From an uncultured Candidatus Entotheonella sp. (GTDB taxonomy: Bacteria > Tectomicrobia > Entotheonellia > Entotheonellales > Entotheonellaceae), in contig OZ244252.1 in assembly GCA_965217185.1 (NCBI GenBank), forward strand, positions 800,001 through 864,000: a stretch of 64,000 nt of DNA, written 5' to 3'. Shown here in pieces: positions 57,865 through 64,000 of the stretch. The notes below the pieces were generated by a model. The model made no database searches, was not told the DNA's origin, and saw only the letters and a program-made list of their open reading frames with translations. Position 1 is the stretch's first letter, and every line of letters starts with the position of its first letter. The translations under genes and the position numbers were made by a program.

Positions 57865-58935
57865 ATGGAACCGACACTGGCAGTTTTAATCTTTACGGCA
57901 TTGCGATTCCTTGCGGTGCTTGGAGCCCTCATCGCCGTGCATGAGTTCGGTCATTTCATCGTGGCCAAGAAATCCGGCGTGCTTGTCGAACGATTTTCCA
58001 TTGGATTTGGGCCGCCCATCTGGCGCAAGAAATGGGGTGACACGGAATACCGACTTTCGGTAATTCCGTTGGGTGGCTACGTCAAGATGTACGGAGAGGA
58101 CTTGGATGCCGAAATCAAGGAGAGCGAACGCGAGGGGTCGTTTCAACATCAATCGGTGTGGAAACGGATTCCGATTGTAGCGGCAGGTCCGGCATTCAAC
58201 ATTTTCTTTGCGATTGCTCTCATCGCCTGCGTCCAAGTGGTTGGCTACCCGGTGGAGCAATCGGTACATATCGGCCGCATACTCGATGGTTCGGCGGCGG
58301 CCGAGGCTGGATTGCAAGCGGACGACGAAGTAATCAGCCTGAATGGCCAAGGCATCAAGCGAATTGAAGAGATCAAGCAACAAATCGTGGGAAGCAGGGG
58401 TAGCACGCTTTCCATGCAAATTACCCGAGATGGGCAGGAGCAAAGTCTTCTCATAACCCCGCGCAAGGTTCAGGAGGCTGACGAATGGCGTATTGGTGTG
58501 GAATTGCGTCCTGGTGATTTCGTCTTGCAGCGTACCGATCCGTTTTCGGCGCTCGTTCGCGGCTGCGTTTGGACTTGGCGGATAACGCAACTGACGTTCA
58601 CAGGCTTCGGACAGATCATCTCCGGTGCCATCCCGGTTTCGGAAAGCCTCGCAGGCCCGCTCGGTATTGCGCAGGAAATTAACCGACAGGCCGACAATGG
58701 TTGGCGTAATGTCGTCTTTCTGACCGCTGCCATCAGCGTAAGTTTGGCTATTTTGAATCTTCTTCCTATTCCTGTCCTTGATGGTGGTCACTTGCTCTTT
58801 TTCGTAATCGAGATCGTGCAAGGCGGGCCTCTCAGCATGCGCAAACGGGAGATTGCTCACCAAATGGGGCTGGTGATATTGGTATGCCTGATGCTCTTTG
58901 CTTTTTACAACGACCTCATGCGTTTGTTCTCCTGA
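57865..58935 (+). CDS. rseP: Site-2 protease RseP
   Basis: HEFGH, FSIGFG, IPLGGYVKM, AGPAFN, PDZ domain, NLLPIPVLDGG. Confidence 0.95.
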   Translation: MEPTLAVLIFTALRFLAVLGALIAVHEFGHFIVAKKSGVLVERFSIGFGPPIWRKKWGDTEYRLSVIPLGGYVKMYGEDLDAEIKESEREGSFQHQSVWKRIPIVAAGPAFNIFFAIALIACVQVVGYPVEQSVHIGRILDGSAAAEAGLQADDEVISLNGQGIKRIEEIKQQIVGSRGSTLSMQITRDGQEQSLLITPRKVQEADEWRIGVELRPGDFVLQRTDPFSALVRGCVWTWRITQLTFTGFGQIISGAIPVSESLAGPLGIAQEINRQADNGWRNVVFLTAAISVSLAILNLLPIPVLDGGHLLFFVIEIVQGGPLSMRKREIAHQMGLVILVCLMLFAFYNDLMRLFS

Positions 58936-59080
58936 TGTTGTCGTTGTCGGATGCATGCGAATTCGCAGGCATCTTTCGACGGAGCGGACTTTTCTCTTGC
59001 AGTAGAATAAGGCATTTGCCATACTCACCAACCACCTTTTCAATATCTTAGACAGCATATCCTCCTACAGCATCACCTTA

Positions 59081-59557
59081 ATGAGCCCCATGCAACGCGA
59101 AACATTGTCCCAACACGTTAGTGAAGCTATAAAATCTTTCCTCGATGCCCAAGGTGTCGAGTTTGTTGAATTGCAACTTCAACAACATAAGGGCCGATGG
59201 TTGGTACGAGTCTTCGTGGATAATAATGGTGGCATATCATTGGAAGAATGCCGCAATCTAAGTTTTGAGATCGGTCAGTTGTTGGATGCAGAGAACCTGA
59301 TCCCGGCATCATATGTTCTCGAAGTATCTTCGCCCGGTTTAGACAGGCCCTTGAAAAACCTGCGGGATTTCCAGCGTCAATGCCAGCGTATGGTGACGGT
59401 ATTCTTACATTCTCCATATCTGGATAAGGCTCAGTACACTGGCCGGGTGGCCGCAGTAACGGAATCGCATCTCTTTCTGCACAGCGACACCGAAACGCCG
59501 ATCGCGATTCCATTTCAATCTATCGACCATGGGGCCGTCGAATTGGAGTTCAAATAA
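59081..59557 (+). CDS. rimP: Ribosome maturation factor RimP
   Basis: VRVFVD, LEVSSPGLDRPL; lies upstream of nusA. Confidence 0.93.
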   Translation: MSPMQRETLSQHVSEAIKSFLDAQGVEFVELQLQQHKGRWLVRVFVDNNGGISLEECRNLSFEIGQLLDAENLIPASYVLEVSSPGLDRPLKNLRDFQRQCQRMVTVFLHSPYLDKAQYTGRVAAVTESHLFLHSDTETPIAIPFQSIDHGAVELEFK

Positions 59558-59623
59558 GCGTGTCCGGATCTGAACGGGTCTCATGCGAAGTGCAGCCTGA
59601 TACCTAGGAGGAATGCATAGCTT

Positions 59624-60805
59624 GTGAATGCAGAACTGTTACGTCTCGTTGAGCAGATCAGCCGCGAAAAGGGAATAGAGAAAGAGACCTTGGTCGAGGC
59701 GATCGTCTTGGCCGTCCTGTCAGCCGGTCGTAAACGCTTCGGCACGGCTGACAACATGGGCGTGCGCCTGGATGAGGAAACGGGCGCCATTACCCTGTAC
59801 TTTGAGAGAAAAGTCGTTCCAGCGCCGGATGTTTCTGATGACACGCTTGAGATCAGCCTTGAAGACGCTAGAGAGATATATCCAGACGCGAACTTGGATG
59901 AAACCGTTGAAGTCCCGCACGAACTTGAAGATTTTGGCCGCATCGCAGCACAGACAGCAAAACAGGTGATTATTCAGAAAGTCCGTGAAGCCGAACGGGA
60001 TATGGTCTATCGCGAGTTCAAGCATCGTCAGGGCGACTTGGTGAATGGGATCGTCACGCGGGTTGAGCGAGAGGGTAACTTGATGGTTGACCTCGGCAAG
60101 ACGGAGGCTCTTTTGCCGCGCCGCGAACAATCTTTTCGTGAAGTCTTCAAGCGAGGTGATCGAATCCGGGCGCATATCATTGAGGTCAAACGCTCTTCAA
60201 GCGGGCCTCAGGTCATCCTTTCCCGTACGCATCCTGTTTTCCTGATGCGCCTGTTTGAGATGGAAGTGCCAGAAATTTACGAAGGAATCATTGAGATCAA
60301 GGCTGCCGCGAGGGATGCCAGCGGCCGAGCAAAGATCGCCGTCATGTCTCACGATAAGGACATTGACCCTATCGGCGCCTGCGTAGGTATGCGGGGCATG
60401 CGGGTACAGTCTGTCGTGCAAGAACTGCGGGGGGAAAAGATCGATATCGTGCAATGGACAGAAGACGCCGTACAATTCGTGCACAATGCTCTCAGCCCCG
60501 CCAAGGCGGTACGGATAGAGGCGGACGAAACTGAGAAAACAATGCAGGTCCTCGTTGCGGAAGATCAATTATCTCTGGCCATCGGCAAGCGCGGTCAAAA
60601 CGTTCGTTTGGCAGCAAAGCTCACACAATGGAAAATTGATATCAGGAATGCTCAGGAGGCTGAAGCGGACAGCGAGCGCCAGGAAGCTTTGCGCCTTGCG
60701 GAAAGCGTCTTTCAGCCTGCCAAGGCTATGGACAAAGAAGATGCTTCGGCGGCAGAGGAACAGGCAGAAGCCTCACCCGCAGACACGTTGTCTCCTGAGT
60801 GTTGA
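59624..60805 (+). CDS. nusA: Transcription elongation factor NusA
   Basis: FGRIAAQTAKQVI, EVPEI, DPIGACVGMRG, AIGKRGQNVRLA. Confidence 0.97.
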   Translation: MNAELLRLVEQISREKGIEKETLVEAIVLAVLSAGRKRFGTADNMGVRLDEETGAITLYFERKVVPAPDVSDDTLEISLEDAREIYPDANLDETVEVPHELEDFGRIAAQTAKQVIIQKVREAERDMVYREFKHRQGDLVNGIVTRVEREGNLMVDLGKTEALLPRREQSFREVFKRGDRIRAHIIEVKRSSSGPQVILSRTHPVFLMRLFEMEVPEIYEGIIEIKAAARDASGRAKIAVMSHDKDIDPIGACVGMRGMRVQSVVQELRGEKIDIVQWTEDAVQFVHNALSPAKAVRIEADETEKTMQVLVAEDQLSLAIGKRGQNVRLAAKLTQWKIDIRNAQEAEADSERQEALRLAESVFQPAKAMDKEDASAAEEQAEASPADTLSPEC

Positions 60806-60904
60806 GGAAGAACACTCAAAGCCGTATGACGAATCAGAGGCACGGCGTGCCGTGCATATAAGATGAGATCGATCAGACGGTTTCTGATCATGGCATGAGG
60901 GCGT

Positions 60905-61519
60905 ATGCCTCCAGAACGCACCTGTATCGGATGCAAAGCCAAGCGAGGCCAAACCGAATTGCTTCGCCTTGTATGTGCTGCTAGCGGCGAAGTGGTGTTT
61001 GACCACACAGGACGTGCACCGGGGAGAGGGGCTTACGTCTGCTGTGATGCGCGGTGCTTTCGTAAGGCCCTCAAGTCCTCACGGCTGACTTCCGTGTTCC
61101 AGCGGGCCGTTGTCGTGCCGACGCTTGACGCTGCATGTGGAACAATCCTGTCATCTCTCTATGACCGTCTCGGTGCCTGCCTCAGTATTGCGCAAAGAGC
61201 CGGTGGGTTGGTTTCTGGCTACATGTCGTTGCGTCAGGCGTGCAGCCGGAATCGGGTCGTTTACATGGTATTGGCGGAAAATGCCGCTGCTCAGCGTGCT
61301 GAGGAATATCGTGTGTGGTGTGCGGAGCAGGAAATTTCCTACATTACACTGTTTACGAAAGAGGAATTGGGGCGGCGCATCGGTAAGGCGAGCCGAAGTG
61401 CGGTCGGTTTGCTGAATCCACATTTCCGCATTCCTTTTTGCGCGACGCTGACCTTATTGCAGACATTCGAGGCGTCACTGGATTTTCTTGAAGTTAAGGG
61501 TGACGTTTGCCGCAATTGA
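60905..61519 (+). CDS. YlxR (DUF448)-YlxQ (L7Ae-like) fusion protein
   Basis: PERTCIGC...ELLRLV...GRGAYVC (YlxR), then LSIAQRAGGLVSG...KEELGRRIGK..RSAVG (L7Ae). Lies between nusA and infB. Confidence 0.85.
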   Translation: MPPERTCIGCKAKRGQTELLRLVCAASGEVVFDHTGRAPGRGAYVCCDARCFRKALKSSRLTSVFQRAVVVPTLDAACGTILSSLYDRLGACLSIAQRAGGLVSGYMSLRQACSRNRVVYMVLAENAAAQRAEEYRVWCAEQEISYITLFTKEELGRRIGKASRSAVGLLNPHFRIPFCATLTLLQTFEASLDFLEVKGDVCRN

Positions 61520-61567
61520 AACAGGCGGCTTAAGGATAGAAGGTTTTCCATTGCGGGGGGGATATGC

Positions 61568-63586
61568 ATGTCGAGTGTAAGAGTCTACGAATTAGCACGG
61601 AATTTGGGCATTCCAAGTAAGGATTTTGTTGAAGAACTGCGCTCCCAGGGTATTGAAGTCAAAAGCCATATGAGCGGTCTCGACGAGGAGACAGCCGGCC
61701 TTGTCTCTGAGTTGTACCGTGAACGAGAAACGTCTGACGAGTCAGACGCTTCTCCTGCCAGTGATGACTTGAACGCGGAGATCGAGGCCCCGTCATCGCT
61801 TCCCGCAACGCCCAAGCCGGCGGAGCCGGACGGAACAACTGTCGTAAGGGTGCCTGAAGCCTTAACCGTGAAGGATTTGGTCGATATTGCCCAGGTCAAG
61901 GCGAAAGACGTATTCATGCAGCTGATGAGCTTCGGAACGCTTCCTTCCATCAACACAGTTATCGACATCGATATTGCCAACAACGTCTTACAGAATATGG
62001 GTAAAAATATCACGCTTGTTTCGGAGCAGGAGGAAGCGGTTGAATCCGCGGGCGACCCTTCTGCATCGGAAGCCTTGGAGCCGCGTGCGCCTGTCGTAAC
62101 GATTATGGGACACGTTGACCACGGCAAGACCTCACTACTCGACGCCATTCGGGCGGCAAATATCCAGGCCACCGAGGCTGGCGGCATCACGCAGCATATC
62201 GGCGCCTACGAGGTTGAGACGGACAAAGGCAAGATTGTCTTCCTGGACACCCCAGGCCATGAAGCCTTCACGGCCATGCGCGCACGCGGCGCTCAAATTA
62301 CCGACATTGTTGTGCTGGTGGTGGCGGCGAATGATGGCGTGATGCCGCAGACACGGGAGGCCGTTGCACATGCCCAGGCGGCGAACGTACCTATTGTTGT
62401 TGCGATTAACAAGATTGATCTGGAGGACGCAAATCCGGATCGTATCAAGCAACAACTCACCGAATTGGATTTGGTTCCCGAGGAGTGGGGCGGTCACACG
62501 ATTTTTGTGGAAGTTTCCGCCAAGCAGAAATATGGATTGGATGACCTGCAGGAAATGATTTTGCTCCAAGCCGAGCTACTGGAATTGAGTGCCGATCCCC
62601 ATCAGATGGCAAAGGGAACGATCATTGAGGCTAGGCTTGACAAGACGCAGGGGCCTGTTGCGACCGTGCTGATTCAAAAGGGTACCTTAGGGGTCAGCGA
62701 AGCTTATGTTGCTGGTAATCACTACGGCCGTGTTCGGGCGATGAAAGATGATCTGGGGCGGAAGATTAAGAAGGCCGGTCCTTCAACGCCCGTGGAAGTA
62801 CTGGGTTTTGCCGCCGTGCCGTCCGCCGGCGACGCTTTCACGGTCGTTGAAGATGAACGGCGGGCACGTCAGATAAGTAGTGTGAGGCAGGAGAAGCAGC
62901 GCACAAAACAGCTTTCCCAAAGCAGCAGGGTGACGCTGGACGATCTGTATCGCCGTATCTCGGCCGGTGAAGTCAAAGATCTGAATTTGGTGATCAAGGG
63001 CGATGTTCATGGCTCCATACAGGCTCTGTGGGATTCACTCGCCAAGCTGGAGAGCGAGAAGGTCCGGTTGCGTTTGATCCACGGTTCGACAGGCGGTATT
63101 ACGGAGTCAGATGTCATGCTCGCGTCAGCCTCGAATGCCATCGTAATCGGCTTCAACGTTCGTCCGATACCAAAGGCTGCGGAACTAGCTGAACACGAGC
63201 AAGTCGATGTTCGTCTCTATAGGGTTATCTATGAGGCGATTTCCGATGTTGAGAAGGCGATGCTCGGATTGTTGGCTCCCACGTACAAGGAAAAAACGCT
63301 CGGACGCGCGGAGGTCCGGGCGATCTTCCGCATCACGCGTGTAGGGGCGGTGGCGGGATGCTACGTGCAGGAGGGCGTCATGCGGCGTAACGCGATGGCG
63401 CGTATTATCCGGGATAGTGTGGTGATCCATGAAGGACGGATAGCCTCGCTTCGCCGCGTCAAGGACGATATCGAGGAGGTCCCGGTGGGTTTCGAATGCG
63501 GTGTCGGTTTGGGGCGCTATCAGGACATCAAGGAGGGCGACACGATTGAGTCCTTTATGTTCGAGGAGATTGCGCCGCACCTCTAA
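61568..63586 (+). CDS. infB: Translation initiation factor IF-2
   Basis: [37 protein letters not shown]. Confidence 0.98.
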   Translation: MSSVRVYELARNLGIPSKDFVEELRSQGIEVKSHMSGLDEETAGLVSELYRERETSDESDASPASDDLNAEIEAPSSLPATPKPAEPDGTTVVRVPEALTVKDLVDIAQVKAKDVFMQLMSFGTLPSINTVIDIDIANNVLQNMGKNITLVSEQEEAVESAGDPSASEALEPRAPVVTIMGHVDHGKTSLLDAIRAANIQATEAGGITQHIGAYEVETDKGKIVFLDTPGHEAFTAMRARGAQITDIVVLVVAANDGVMPQTREAVAHAQAANVPIVVAINKIDLEDANPDRIKQQLTELDLVPEEWGGHTIFVEVSAKQKYGLDDLQEMILLQAELLELSADPHQMAKGTIIEARLDKTQGPVATVLIQKGTLGVSEAYVAGNHYGRVRAMKDDLGRKIKKAGPSTPVEVLGFAAVPSAGDAFTVVEDERRARQISSVRQEKQRTKQLSQSSRVTLDDLYRRISAGEVKDLNLVIKGDVHGSIQALWDSLAKLESEKVRLRLIHGSTGGITESDVMLASASNAIVIGFNVRPIPKAAELAEHEQVDVRLYRVIYEAISDVEKAMLGLLAPTYKEKTLGRAEVRAIFRITRVGAVAGCYVQEGVMRRNAMARIIRDSVVIHEGRIASLRRVKDDIEEVPVGFECGVGLGRYQDIKEGDTIESFMFEEIAPHL

Positions 63587-63615
63587 ACGCCGGCGGCCTC
63601 CGAGGCATTATTATC

Positions 63616-63897
63616 ATGATTGTAGGTGTGTGTACGATTGAATTACGCTTGCGGGAGACGCGGTCCCTCAAGGGTAAGAGACAGATACTGAAAAGCATTA
63701 CGACACGCGTCAAAAACAATTTCAATGTAGCGATTGCCGAGGTTGATTATCAAGACAAATGGCAGCGCGCCTTATTGGGTGTTGCCGTGGTGAGCACGGC
63801 GCACGATCACGCAAACGGCATTCTGAGCAAAGTCGTCAATTTCGTCGAGTCGATGTATTTGGCTGAAATGCTAGATTATCATATCGAGTTCTGGTAA
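63616..63897 (+). CDS. DUF503 (YlxP) family protein
   Basis: SLKGKRQILKS, FNVAIAEVDYQDKWQRA; lies between infB and rbfA. Confidence 0.9.
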   Translation: MIVGVCTIELRLRETRSLKGKRQILKSITTRVKNNFNVAIAEVDYQDKWQRALLGVAVVSTAHDHANGILSKVVNFVESMYLAEMLDYHIEFW

Positions 63898-63903
63898 CCC
63901 CCA

Positions 63904-64000
63904 ATGCAAAATTATCGTCCAACGCGCGTGGCGGAATTATTGCAGTCAGAAATCGCTGACCTCCTGTTGCGTCAACTCAAGGACCCGCGTCTGAGTATGG
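63904..64000 (+). CDS. rbfA: Ribosome-binding factor A (3'-truncated by the window edge)
   Basis: MQNYRPTRVAELLQSEIADLLLRQLKDPRL; expected position after infB-ylxP. Confidence 0.9.
   Translation, partial: MQNYRPTRVAELLQSEIADLLLRQLKDPRLSM

Overview
Bacterial (diderm, LPS-producing) chromosomal segment. The gene repertoire suggests a Nitrospinota/Tectomicrobia- or deltaproteobacteria-like organism, but this is inference only. The left ~20 kb, between the 3' part of purL and a tRNA-Val(CAC)/tRNA-Ala(CGC) pair, is accessory DNA. It holds (i) a translationally coupled 4-gene putative defence operon (ParB/Srx-like protein, PD-(D/E)xK-like protein, Dam-type m6A methyltransferase, NotI-family endonuclease), (ii) a YefM-YoeB toxin-antitoxin pair with paired TGTACA operator boxes, (iii) a BcgI-like fused R-M plus S-subunit system, and (iv) catabolic genes (LarA-like, LLM oxidoreductase, amidase with a small partner, BNR-repeat protein, VOC protein, ThDP enzyme). 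The remaining ~44 kb is mostly housekeeping: birA, lptF, mltG, ruvX, tolC-like, ribF, cmk, rpsA, ihfB, miaA, lgt, thiE, ftsK, dapB, secA, xerD, glnD, phoH, ybeY, mutS, lolA, rseP, rimP-nusA-ylxRQ-infB-ylxP-rbfA. Several oddities sit in this part: a receiver-domain-LpxC fusion, a signal-peptide/DUF151/PDZ protein, a Rieske/split cytochrome b/pentaheme cytochrome c operon followed by an isolated atpE-atpF pair, four 195-bp-period repeats in the FtsK linker, in-frame tandem repeats at both ends of rpsA, and a small lipoprotein missed by the ORF track. I found no CRISPR array, transposase or phage genes. All family calls are by motif recognition, not database searches.
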